Source: an uncultured Candidatus Saccharibacteria bacterium
GTDB taxonomy: Bacteria > Patescibacteriota > Minisyncoccia > Minisyncoccales > CAYTKG01
Direction: 5' to 3'
Assembly: GCA_964387175.1 (NCBI GenBank)
Contig: CAYLVJ010000001.1
Coordinates: 602-64,601 of the forward strand
DNA length: 64,000 nt
Each line of letters opens with the position of its first letter. Within the stretch, counting starts at the first letter, position 1. The notes beneath the pieces were generated by a model that made no database searches, was not told the origin of the DNA, and was given only the letters and a program-made list of their open reading frames with translations. Positions 41,936 through 50,933 of the stretch are shown one piece after another. Both the position numbers and the translations under genes were made by a program.

Positions 41936-42641
41936 ACGTTTTTCAACGGAAGCTTTTTTATTGGATTCTTTTCCCCGCAAGGAGGCGGATAAAGTTTTCC
42001 TTTTTTTTTCTAAAAAATATGGAAAGATTTTTGCGGTTGGAAAATCAATCAGAAAAATTTCTTCAAAGTTAAACGCCGGGTTGGATTTTTTCGCTCTTTC
42101 CCGGGTTGAGTTTATCCAGGGGAGAAGTTACAAAATTCTTGTTTATGCTGAAATAAAAAACGAGGCGGTTTCTTTTAGAAAATCTCTCCACCGGTTGAAG
42201 GCTGCTTTTAAGACAAGAGATTTTCTCTCCCGCGTTATTAAAGGCACGGAGCCGGATCTTGGTATATGGCGGGTTTTTTCAAGAGCGGTTGAGGCATTGA
42301 AAAAATCTTCTTCTCCGCTTTTCTCTTTTTTGATTTATCAAAACTTTTCCTGGCAGGCGCTTCAAGAACTGGGTTACGAAATGAACTTTAAAGCCTGCGT
42401 TGAGTGCAAAAAAGAAGTTTCTTCTTTTGGGCTTTTTTCTCAAAAAGGATTTTTATGCTCTGATTGCGGCGAAGAAACTTTCCAAAAAGAAAACGTGATA
42501 CGCCTTGAAAAGAACGAAAGAAGAGTGTTGGAAAGAATAAAGAGATCTTCTTTGGATGAATTGGAAGGAGTTGAGGTGAGTTTAATTGAGGCTAAAAAAG
42601 CAGAAAAGGTTCTTGATTTCTTTTTGGAGGACTTGTATTAA
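41928..42641 (+). CDS. recO: DNA repair protein RecO
   Basis: OB N-domain, C4 zinc motif CVECKKE...CSDCG. Confidence 0.8.
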   Translation: MFKRFSTEAFLLDSFPRKEADKVFLFFSKKYGKIFAVGKSIRKISSKLNAGLDFFALSRVEFIQGRSYKILVYAEIKNEAVSFRKSLHRLKAAFKTRDFLSRVIKGTEPDLGIWRVFSRAVEALKKSSSPLFSFLIYQNFSWQALQELGYEMNFKACVECKKEVSSFGLFSQKGFLCSDCGEETFQKENVIRLEKNERRVLERIKRSSLDELEGVEVSLIEAKKAEKVLDFFLEDLY

Positions 42642-42679
42642 TTTGGCTCTTTTTAACTTTTTATCCTATAATAATCATA

Positions 42680-44359
42680 ATGAAGGAAAAACAAAGTGGA
42701 AAAATATTAATAATCCTGCTTTTTATTTTTTTGGGGCTGGCTGCCCTCACTTTTTGGTATTTTCAAAGAAATACTTATTCCAAAGATGTTTTGAAGTTTG
42801 AAATACTCGGCCCTGAAGAAGCGCGAGCAGGGGAAAGGGTGGAATACACCGTCCGCTACAAAAACACTGGAGAGGCAAGGCTGGAAGAAGTGGAGCTGGT
42901 TTTTGAATATCCGGAAAAGGTTCTTCCTTTGGAACGGGAAAAAGATCGGGTGATAAAAGAAATTGACGACATTTATCCCGGTCAGGAAGAAACCATCGTT
43001 TTCAAGGCCAAGGTTTTCGGTCAAGAAGGGGAGTTGGTTAAACCCCGGGCTACACTTAATTACCGTCCTAAAAATTTGAAAGCTTTTTATGAATCTGAAA
43101 CTACGGTTTCCACAAAGATTAGTGAAGTACCCCTTACTTTTGTTTTCGATTTTCCTTCCAAAATGGCGGTGGACAGAGAAAGTAAGTTGTCTTTAAATTA
43201 CTATTCCAATTTCGAAGAGCCTATTTCTGATCTTGCTATTAATGTCAATTACCCTTCTGAATTTGAATTTCAGAAAACAAGGCCTCAGGGAATCGAAAAA
43301 GACGAATGGCAGATCGGTGTTTTAAACAAAGGAGAAGGGGGAAAGATCGAGATTTATGGTAGTTTTATCGGAGGACTCGGCGGGGAAAAGGTTTTTGAGG
43401 GAGAGATAGGGGTTTGGGTTCAAGACAACTTCGTGGTTTTAAAGAGTATAAGAAGAGGGGTTCAAATTACCAAGCCGGGGATTGTTGTTACCCACGAGGT
43501 AAACGGCAGCTCGGATTATGTTGCCAGCCCGGGGGATCTTCTTCACTACGAAATTTACTTCCGCAACATAGGCAACGACTACTTGGAAGATTTGTACTTA
43601 GTGTCAGAGCTTGAAGGTCCTTTTGACTTTGATACTTTAAAGGTTCCTTCGGGCAGGGTGAGTGATTCGGTAAATACTTTGTTTTGGGATGAAAGAGACA
43701 GCTCCGATTTAAGATTTTTGGCTCCCGGAGAGGAAGGTAAGGTAGATTTTTGGGTTAGTTTAAAGAAAGAGTGGGACTCTTCTCAGTACAAGCAGCCGGT
43801 TCTTAAAAATGATGTTTCTTTGGGGCAGGTGAATGAACATTTTGAAACAAAGGTTAATTCACGTTTGGTTTTAGAACAAAAAGGTTATTATGAAAACGAG
43901 GTTTTCGAGGCTTCCGGGCCGATTCCTCCCGAAGTGGGGAAAAGAACCACCTATACTATTATTTGGACCGTTAAAAATTCTTTCAACCGGGTTGAAAATG
44001 TGCGGGTGAAAGCTATACTGCCTGACGAAGTGAGCTTGACAGATAATGTTTTCCCCGAAGATGAAAAATCAAACTTTGCTTTTGACTCTAGTTCGCGTGA
44101 GCTTCTTTGGAAAGTGGGAGACTTGGAGCCGGGAGTTGGTTTTAATGGTGATGCTTTGAGTTTGGCCTTTCAAGTCGAGCTTAAACCCACCGAAAGCCAA
44201 AAAGGATTGGTGGTTCCTCTTGTAAGTGAAGCTCGTCTTTTGGGAGAAGATCAGTGGACCGAAAAAGAGCTCGAGATTTCTGTAGAAGGAGTGGACAGCT
44301 CTTTACCGGATGATGATTCAGTTTCGGCGGAAGAGGGGGTGGTTCAGGACGGATCTTGA
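42680..44359 (+). CDS. hypothetical large signal-anchored extracellular protein (repeat beta-domain)
   Basis: 559 aa, N-terminal TM anchor, acidic C-terminus. Confidence 0.6.
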   Translation: MKEKQSGKILIILLFIFLGLAALTFWYFQRNTYSKDVLKFEILGPEEARAGERVEYTVRYKNTGEARLEEVELVFEYPEKVLPLEREKDRVIKEIDDIYPGQEETIVFKAKVFGQEGELVKPRATLNYRPKNLKAFYESETTVSTKISEVPLTFVFDFPSKMAVDRESKLSLNYYSNFEEPISDLAINVNYPSEFEFQKTRPQGIEKDEWQIGVLNKGEGGKIEIYGSFIGGLGGEKVFEGEIGVWVQDNFVVLKSIRRGVQITKPGIVVTHEVNGSSDYVASPGDLLHYEIYFRNIGNDYLEDLYLVSELEGPFDFDTLKVPSGRVSDSVNTLFWDERDSSDLRFLAPGEEGKVDFWVSLKKEWDSSQYKQPVLKNDVSLGQVNEHFETKVNSRLVLEQKGYYENEVFEASGPIPPEVGKRTTYTIIWTVKNSFNRVENVRVKAILPDEVSLTDNVFPEDEKSNFAFDSSSRELLWKVGDLEPGVGFNGDALSLAFQVELKPTESQKGLVVPLVSEARLLGEDQWTEKELEISVEGVDSSLPDDDSVSAEEGVVQDGS

Positions 44360-44384
44360 ATTTTGAACTTTTTTAGGTAAAATG

Positions 44385-44580
44385 AATTAATGAACGAAGA
44401 AGGGGAGAAGTAGGAGAAATACTTTCCCAAAGAAAGCCGCGCTTAAGCTGAGAAGCGGTGGAAAAGTTTCTCTCGAAAGGAGCCCTGGAGTTTTAAAGTA
44501 AATTAAGAGCCTCTTTTTAAGAGGAATTAGGGTGGAACCGCCCATTGGGTCCCTACGACGAGAGTCGTAGTTTTTTATTC
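44385..44580 (+). promoter_or_regulatory. T-box riboswitch leader of glyQS
   Basis: AATTAGGGTGGAACCGCC at 44525-44542 matches T-box consensus with UGGA bulge; terminator CTACGACGAGAGTCGTAG+T7 at 44553-44578; directly upstream of GlyRS. Confidence 0.6.
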
Positions 44581-44594
44581 TAAATTTAAAAAAT

Positions 44595-45977
44595 ATGTCA
44601 AAAACAAAAATGGAAAAACTGGTTTCACTTTGCAAGAGAAGAGGGTTTGTCTATCAAACTACTGAAATTTACGGCGGACTGGCTGGTTTTTATGATTACG
44701 GACCCTTGGGAGCGGAAGTGATACGCAATTTAAAAAACTTGTGGTGGGAGGAGATGGTTCACAATATGGAGAATATTTATGGTATTGACGGATCCATCAT
44801 TTTACATCCCAAGGTCTGGCAGGCAAGTGGTCATGTTGAGGGCTTTGACGACCCCTTGGTTGAGTGCTCGGAGTGTAAGAAAAGAGTGAGGGCGGATAAG
44901 TTGGAAGGTTGGCGGGCCAAAAAAAATAAAAAGGGAGAGTGGGAAGTTTTAAAAGTAGGCGAAAGGAAGTGTCCTTACTGCGGAGGGGAGCTGGGAACTG
45001 AAGTCAACCAGTTTAACTTAATGATGAGGACTTATCTCGGGTCTGTGACCGGTGAAAAAATGGAAACCTTTCTTAAGGGTGAGTCTTGTCAAAACACTTA
45101 TTTAAATTTCAAGCCGGTTTTGGATTCTTTTTCTCCTAAACTTCCTTTTGGAATCGCCCAAATCGGAAAAGCATTTAGAAATGAAATAACATTTGGAAAA
45201 TTCATCTTTAAAATGCGGGAGTTTGAACAGTGGGACGTTGAGTTTTTTGTTCACCCCGAGGAAGCCGACAGCGCCTATGAGGATTGGAAAAAGATAAGGT
45301 GGGATTGGTTTGTTTGCTCGGTTGGAATTGATGAGGAAAAGTTGAGATGGAGGCGTCATACGAAAGATGAACTTATTTTCTACGCCCGGGATGCGTGGGA
45401 TATAGAATACGAGTATCCTTTCGGATGGGATGAGCTCGAAGGTCTTCACGACAGGTCTGACTATGACTTAAGGCAGCACAGCAAATGGAGCGGTGAGGAT
45501 TTAACATACCGGACTCCAGACGATGAAAAGTTTTATCCCTTTGTAATCGAAGCTTCTGGAGGAGTGGATAGAACCTTTTTAGCTTTGATGCTTGATTCAT
45601 TGAAAGAAGAGGAAGGTAGAAGCTATTTGAAGATTAAACCTCGTTTGGCACCTTACCAGGCGGCTGTTTTTCCTCTTTTGGCCAACAAGCCCGAATTGGT
45701 TGAAAAAGCAAGAAAAGTATTTAAAAACTTGCAAAAAAATTTTCACACAGCTTGGGATGACAGGGGAAACATCGGAAAGCGTTACTTTGCCCAAGATGAG
45801 ATAGGTACTCCTTTTTGTGTAACGGTGGACTTTGATACACTTAAAGATGAGACGGTTACTATAAGAAATCGGGATACGACCAGCCAAGTCAGAGTGAAGA
45901 CAAAAGATCTCCCTGAAGTTTTAGAGAAACTTGTAAGTGAAGAAAAAGCTTTTGAGGAGGTTGGAAAAAAAGTATAA
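44595..45977 (+). CDS. glyQS: glycine--tRNA ligase, class II alpha2 type (GlyQS)
   Basis: RRGFVYQTTEIYGGLAGFYDYGPLG, class II motifs, anticodon-binding C-domain. Confidence 0.9.
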   Translation: MSKTKMEKLVSLCKRRGFVYQTTEIYGGLAGFYDYGPLGAEVIRNLKNLWWEEMVHNMENIYGIDGSIILHPKVWQASGHVEGFDDPLVECSECKKRVRADKLEGWRAKKNKKGEWEVLKVGERKCPYCGGELGTEVNQFNLMMRTYLGSVTGEKMETFLKGESCQNTYLNFKPVLDSFSPKLPFGIAQIGKAFRNEITFGKFIFKMREFEQWDVEFFVHPEEADSAYEDWKKIRWDWFVCSVGIDEEKLRWRRHTKDELIFYARDAWDIEYEYPFGWDELEGLHDRSDYDLRQHSKWSGEDLTYRTPDDEKFYPFVIEASGGVDRTFLALMLDSLKEEEGRSYLKIKPRLAPYQAAVFPLLANKPELVEKARKVFKNLQKNFHTAWDDRGNIGKRYFAQDEIGTPFCVTVDFDTLKDETVTIRNRDTTSQVRVKTKDLPEVLEKLVSEEKAFEEVGKKV

Positions 45978-45990
45978 TTAATTAAAATAT

Positions 45991-46305
45991 ATGTTTTTAC
46001 CTATATTAATCGCCGGTTTCGGAGGGGGACTGATAAGAGGATTAGTGGGGTTTATTAAGCATCAGTTTTCCTACAAGAATGTGGGGTTTGATCTTCCTTA
46101 TTTTTTCTCGATGTGTTTCCTTTCCGGGGTGGTCGGGGTTTTAGTCGCTGCCGCTGGAGAGAGTTTGGGCATGCGTTTTTTTCAAGGAACTTTTACTCCC
46201 GCCCTTGCCTTTTTTATCGGTTACGCGGGCGGTGATTTTATAGAAAACGTGGTTAAAATTATTCTCAAAAGGCCGGAGCTTTATTCTTTTAACGAAAAAT
46301 CTTAA
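45991..46305 (+). CDS. hypothetical small membrane protein
   Basis: 104 aa, 3 TM. Confidence 0.45.
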   Translation: MFLPILIAGFGGGLIRGLVGFIKHQFSYKNVGFDLPYFFSMCFLSGVVGVLVAAAGESLGMRFFQGTFTPALAFFIGYAGGDFIENVVKIILKRPELYSFNEKS

Positions 46306-46307
46306 AT

Positions 46308-46481
46308 ATGAGTGGAATAGTTATTCTTTTGCTGGGAATTTTTTTGGTGCTTATTGTTTTTTTTCTTAGGTCTCAGGGGGCGAGCCTTATTGATGCTATA
46401 ACAATAGTGCTTTTTTACATCTTTTTAATCTGGTTTTTATTGACTCAGTTTCCACTTTCTGAAGGAACAAGTTTTTTTTGA
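46308..46481 (+). CDS. hypothetical 57-aa membrane peptide (below ORF-track cutoff)
   Basis: ATG 46308, two TM helices, stop abuts next ATG. Confidence 0.3.
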   Translation: MSGIVILLLGIFLVLIVFFLRSQGASLIDAITIVLFYIFLIWFLLTQFPLSEGTSFF

Positions 46482-46482
46482 T

Positions 46483-47031
46483 ATGAAAAGCAAAAGATCA
46501 AAGATTTCTCTTTTTTTATCTTTGTTGGCATTTTCAGTCTCCGTCGGTTTAGGTTTTTTGTGGGGCGGGAGTGACGCAGCTCGGGAGATTCTTTTTATTG
46601 CCGACAGGCTTTTTTCCATGGTAGCCCCTATAGAGTCACTTAATCTTTTTCTTTTTCTACTGCTTTTAGATCTTTTACTTTTGGCTTTTTTTGTTCTTTC
46701 TTCTTTTCTTCTTTCTCTGCCTTCTCTTTTTTATCTTTCTTTTTACTCTTTTTTGACCGGGGCGGCAGTCCGGATTTCGGGAGTCAGTCCGGTTTTTTTC
46801 TTACTTTTCCCTTTTTCAATTTTTAAAATTCTTCCCTTAATCTTAGCTACTTTTTTCTGCCTGCAGTTTTCAGGAACTTTGGTTTTAGAAGTATTTTCGG
46901 ATCAATTTACTTTTCCTAAAAAAGAAGCAAAGGTTTTTTTGAAAAAAATTGTTTTGCTTTTTCTTCTTTTTGCCTTTTTTAATTTTCTTGAAGTTTGGGG
47001 AGTTTCTTTTGTCTTTCGTTTTTTCACTTGA
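46483..47031 (+). CDS. hypothetical polytopic membrane protein
   Basis: 182 aa, 5 TM. Confidence 0.5.
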   Translation: MKSKRSKISLFLSLLAFSVSVGLGFLWGGSDAAREILFIADRLFSMVAPIESLNLFLFLLLLDLLLLAFFVLSSFLLSLPSLFYLSFYSFLTGAAVRISGVSPVFFLLFPFSIFKILPLILATFFCLQFSGTLVLEVFSDQFTFPKKEAKVFLKKIVLLFLLFAFFNFLEVWGVSFVFRFFT

Positions 47032-47195
47032 CAAAAAACTTTATTTTTTTAAAATGAGGGAAATAAAGGTTTTATGGATTCAAGATTAATTACAATTCAA
47101 CTCCTTCTTGTCACACGGTTTATTGACCTTGTGCCTTTTGGAGGGTTGAAAAGTAATCTTGAGTTAAGCTGACGAAAAATATTCGAGAAAACCTT

Positions 47196-47229
47196 TCAGC
47201 CCTTCCATCGGAGGGGCTGATTTGTTTTT
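47196..47229 (+). promoter_or_regulatory. leader hairpin + U-tract of cassette 1 (TCAGCCCTTCC-ATC-GGAGGGGCTGA TTTGTTTTT)
   Basis: 11-bp stem followed by T-tract, 30 nt upstream of AAAGGAGGTGAGA and ORF; duplicated at 47576-47610. Confidence 0.5.
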
Positions 47230-47260
47230 AGTTCTTTAGACTTCAAAGGAGGTGAGACAC

Positions 47261-47386
47261 ATGAGTGGGCTCAGGGAAAAAATTGTTTGTCCCGACTGTG
47301 AGCACGTTTATTGTGGCGACGTCTGTCCGCAATGCGGGCAGACAAAGGAGGAGGCGGCCCGAGCGGCTGCCAAGAAGGGGAGTTGA
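47261..47386 (+). CDS. 41-aa zinc-ribbon peptide (MSGLREKIVCPDCEHVYCGDVCPQCGQTKEEAARAAAKKGS)
   Basis: Strong RBS-like 13-mer, high GC, own GC-rich terminator 47388-47440. Confidence 0.5.
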   Translation: MSGLREKIVCPDCEHVYCGDVCPQCGQTKEEAARAAAKKGS

Positions 47387-47575
47387 ACTTACCCCCTTAA
47401 GGGGCGGAAAAGATTCGTCTTTTCCGCCCAAACCAATCTAAAAATGAACTTGTTTGAAATAAAAAAATTAGTTAACTTTTTCTTCGCCCTTCTTATCGAA
47501 GGTCTTTTTACCGGTTTTTGCCCGGGAGGGTTGAAGAATGATTTTTAAATAAATGAAACAACTTAAGGTTATTCT

Positions 47576-47610
47576 TCAGCCCTTCCATCGGAGGGGTTGA
47601 TTTGTTTTTT
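47576..47610 (+). promoter_or_regulatory. leader hairpin + U-tract of cassette 2
   Basis: TCAGCCCTTCCATCGGAGGGGTTGA TTTGTTTTTT, 1 substitution vs copy 1. Confidence 0.5.
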
Positions 47611-47644
47611 AGCTCTTTCAAGTTTTCAAAGGAGGTGAGAAAAA

Positions 47645-47746
47645 ATGTTCAAACTCATGGTGCCTAAAAAGAAAAAGGCGAAGAAAAAGGAAAAAAATTC
47701 CAAGAAGTCTTCTCCTACGCCCAAGGGAGTCAACATTTCTCCTTAG
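47645..47746 (+). CDS. 33-aa lysine-rich peptide (MFKLMVPKKKKAKKKEKNSKKSSPTPKGVNISP)
   Basis: same 13-mer upstream, own terminator AAGGGGGTAAGTTACTCCCCCTTCTTTTTT. Confidence 0.4.
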   Translation: MFKLMVPKKKKAKKKEKNSKKSSPTPKGVNISP

Positions 47747-47833
47747 GAAAGCTCTTTCGCTAGAAGGGGGTAAGTTACTCCCCCTTCTTTTTTATTTAAT
47801 GATTTTTTTGGTAAAATTAGACAGAGTGAAAAA

Positions 47834-48985
47834 ATGAAGTTGTTTAAAAAAATATTCAAAAACAAAAAGTGGAAAGCGGTTGCTACCTTGGTGGGGACAA
47901 CTATAGGGGCCGGGATGTTCGGCCTTCCTTATGTTGTAGTCAAGGTTGGTTTTCCGTTAGGTTTTCTTTACCTTCTTTTTTTAGGAGGAGTTGTTTTATT
48001 TTTAAACCTTGCTTACGGAGAGGTGATACTTAGAACGCCGGGGGATCATCAGTTCAGCGGTTATTTAAACTTTTATTTAAAACCAAAGGAGCATATTTTA
48101 CGTTTTGCCGAGCTGGTCAGCTTTTTCATCTCTGCTTATGGAGCTCTTCTTGCTTATCTGGTTAAGGTGGGTGATTTTTCCGTTCTTCTTTTGGGAAGAA
48201 AAGGGCCTGATTTTTACAGCCTGTTGTTTTTTGGCTTAGCAACTATTGCTCTTTATTTCGGATTGCGGTGGGTTTCCTTCTTTGACTTTGTGGCGGTTTT
48301 TTTAATCTTTTTAGTTTTGGGAGGTCTTTTTCTTTTTAATTTTTCACACATTAATCCTGAGATTTTAAGAAAGGTTGATTTCAGTTTTTTCTTTTTACCC
48401 TACGGCGTTATTTTGTTTGCTTTAAATGGAAGTTCAGTTATTCCCGAAATGGAAGAGGTTTTAAGAAAAGAACACGGGAAATTAAAAAATGCCGTAGTGA
48501 TAGGTACGTTAATTCCTCTTGTCGTTTATTTTATCTTCGTGAGCTTGGTGGGAGGGATTTGCGGAGAAAGTGTTTCTCCCGACTCCGTTTCTTGTTTACC
48601 TGGCATTCTTCCTTCTTGGGCGGTGGGGTTGACTGCTTTTTTGGGAATTTTAACCATGAGTAGTTCTTTTGTAAGCTTTGCTTATGTTCTAAGGGAGCGT
48701 TGGTATCGGGATTACAAATTCCCCAAATTTTGGTCTTTCGTTTTGGTTCTTTTCCCCCCTCTTCTTCTTTTCTTCTTGGGGGTTAGAGATTTTTTAGGGA
48801 TAATAGAGTTCAGCGGGGCTCTTTCAATCGGGTTGATCGGAATTCTTATTCTTCTTATGCACAAAAGAGCCAAGTCACGGGGCAAAAGGGAGCCGGCTTA
48901 CAACCTGAAAATTCCTTTGAAGGTTCGTTGGCTGCTTATTTTTATTTTTATAAGCGGGGCGGTTCTTTCTTTAATTTTTAATTAA
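47834..48985 (+). CDS. amino-acid permease family transporter
   Basis: 11 TM, N-terminal GTTIGAGMFGLP motif. Confidence 0.65.
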   Translation: MKLFKKIFKNKKWKAVATLVGTTIGAGMFGLPYVVVKVGFPLGFLYLLFLGGVVLFLNLAYGEVILRTPGDHQFSGYLNFYLKPKEHILRFAELVSFFISAYGALLAYLVKVGDFSVLLLGRKGPDFYSLLFFGLATIALYFGLRWVSFFDFVAVFLIFLVLGGLFLFNFSHINPEILRKVDFSFFFLPYGVILFALNGSSVIPEMEEVLRKEHGKLKNAVVIGTLIPLVVYFIFVSLVGGICGESVSPDSVSCLPGILPSWAVGLTAFLGILTMSSSFVSFAYVLRERWYRDYKFPKFWSFVLVLFPPLLLFFLGVRDFLGIIEFSGALSIGLIGILILLMHKRAKSRGKREPAYNLKIPLKVRWLLIFIFISGAVLSLIFN

Positions 48986-48991
48986 AAAACA

Positions 48992-49828
48992 ATGGTCGGT
49001 AAAAATTTTTCAAGGTGGCTTCTGATTTTGGTTGGATTTTCTTTTTTCTTTTTTATTTGGGTTCGCTTTGTGGAGCCAAACGTTTTATCCCTTGAGGAGT
49101 TGGAGTTTAACTTTAGTACTTTTCCGGATGAGGAGATTACTATTCTTCACCTGAGCGATCTTCATTCTTTTGGATATGGGGAAAAAGAAAAAAAGCTTGT
49201 TAACGCAGCTAAAAGGCTGGATCCCGACTTTATTTTCATCACGGGAGATCTTGTTGACTGGAGAACGTCGGATTTTGAAGAGTGTGCTCTTTTTTGGCGG
49301 GACTTAAGTCAAGGTTTTGAAGGGCGGGTTTTTGCTGTTTACGGCAATCACGAACATAAAAATCCGGGTTTTGCCCGGATAGGACCTATTTTGGAGAGAA
49401 GCGGGATAAGGGTTTTGGAAAATGAAAGGATAAAAATTGAACTGGAAAGAGGCGGTTATTTTTACCTTTTAGGAGTGGATGATCCGCGTTTGGGATATGA
49501 CAACGTTTCAGAAACGTTTGTTGACCCTTATATTCCCGGCCCCAAGATTCTTTTAGCTCATTCTCCTGAGATTTTTAGAAAGGTGAAGAAGAAAGAAGTT
49601 GATCTGGTTTTAGTTGGGCACACCCATGGTTGTCAAATTAACGTTCCGATCGTTCGAGAGTGGTTTCTCCCTTTGGCATATGACAAAGGGTATAAACAGG
49701 GACTTTTTGAAGAAAGCGGAACTTATCTTTATGTCAACCGGGGGGTGGGGGAAACCTACCTTCCTTTCAGGTTCAACTCTTTTCCGGAGGTGACCTTGAT
49801 TACTATAAACAAAGAGTCGGACTCTTGA
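48992..49828 (+). CDS. calcineurin-like metallophosphoesterase
   Basis: LSDLHS, ITGDLVD, GNHEH, GHTHG motifs; N-terminal TM. Confidence 0.75.
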   Translation: MVGKNFSRWLLILVGFSFFFFIWVRFVEPNVLSLEELEFNFSTFPDEEITILHLSDLHSFGYGEKEKKLVNAAKRLDPDFIFITGDLVDWRTSDFEECALFWRDLSQGFEGRVFAVYGNHEHKNPGFARIGPILERSGIRVLENERIKIELERGGYFYLLGVDDPRLGYDNVSETFVDPYIPGPKILLAHSPEIFRKVKKKEVDLVLVGHTHGCQINVPIVREWFLPLAYDKGYKQGLFEESGTYLYVNRGVGETYLPFRFNSFPEVTLITINKESDS

Positions 49829-49833
49829 GTTCT

Positions 49834-50853
49834 TTAATTTGGCTTCCAAGTTATTGTTTCTTTTTCTACCTTGAAATTGCCGGGAAGGAATTTTTCTATA
49901 ATTTCTATATTTGTTTCAGCATGCTTTGTAACGTGGGAGGCTTTTATTTCGCTTTTTTTGTTGGAAAGAGCCATGTAGGGTAAAAGCTGGTCGGTTGTAT
50001 GTTGGTCAACACAACCCTTTGTTTTTATCTCTTCTAAAAAGCTGGCGGCGGCTTCTTCACCCACCTTTTCTGCTGACTTCCCGAGCTTTCCCAAATTGTC
50101 AACTCCTAAAATAGTTTCTTCAAGCTCTGCTATGATATTTATTACACTTCCCGTACTTTCGGATTCGACATAATCTATTTTTTCTTCAAAAGGGAGGTTC
50201 AGTTTGCCTAAAATTTGTTTTACGCCTGAGATTTGTCTTTCAGCCACTTTTTTTTCCTTTAGATCTTTTGATGCCCGGGAAATGATTTTCAAGGTTTTTA
50301 TTTCTCCTCTTTTTTTAATCTTTATCGGCTTTATTTCCGCCACCAAAAGAGATGTCTTAAGTTGTGCTTTTCCTTTGGGGTAAAACCCTCTTTTTTCGGT
50401 TTCGATTTTGACCTTTACTCCGTGTTTTTCCAGGATTTTTAAAAAAACAAGGTTGAAGTGATCCAGGCTGGGTGAAAAGAAGGTGTCTGTTGCTCCTCCA
50501 CTAAAGGTAACTCTGATCGGTTTTTCTAAAACTGAAACAAGAGGAAGAATTCCCTGTAAGATAAGAGTAATGCTTCCCGCTGTTTCTATTTTAATTTTTA
50601 AATCTCTTGACTGAAGGTAGGTGGGGGTAAAAGTAATTTCTTGGGAGCCGAGCTTAACCCCTTCGGTTTCGGCTCTTGTTAAGACGGCGAGAGCTCTTAT
50701 TGTTTTAAGGTGGGATCTTTTAAGTCCCGGACTTTTTCTTCCGGCTCTGATTTTTGTAATCCGGCATGGTTTTTGGGTCACCACTGAGAGACTTGCGGCG
50801 GTTCTTAGGATTTGTCCTCCCCCTTCTTTTAAGTTGCCGTTTATTTCAATCAT
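49834..50853 (-). CDS. rtcA: RNA 3'-terminal phosphate cyclase RtcA
   Basis: GGGQILRTAASLS, SRASKDL...H region; 339 aa. Confidence 0.85.
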   Translation of the reverse strand: MIEINGNLKEGGGQILRTAASLSVVTQKPCRITKIRAGRKSPGLKRSHLKTIRALAVLTRAETEGVKLGSQEITFTPTYLQSRDLKIKIETAGSITLILQGILPLVSVLEKPIRVTFSGGATDTFFSPSLDHFNLVFLKILEKHGVKVKIETEKRGFYPKGKAQLKTSLLVAEIKPIKIKKRGEIKTLKIISRASKDLKEKKVAERQISGVKQILGKLNLPFEEKIDYVESESTGSVINIIAELEETILGVDNLGKLGKSAEKVGEEAAASFLEEIKTKGCVDQHTTDQLLPYMALSNKKSEIKASHVTKHAETNIEIIEKFLPGNFKVEKETITWKPN

Positions 50854-50933
50854 ATTTATTTTATCATAACATACTTTTATGCTTGACAGGGGGGTGAGGA
50901 TGCTTGATACTATACTAAGATTATTTTCTCCTT

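Noticed and set aside
44387-44635. 82-aa minus-strand ORF
   Set aside because: Lies within the glyQS T-box leader and terminator, so it is non-coding regulatory RNA on the other strand.
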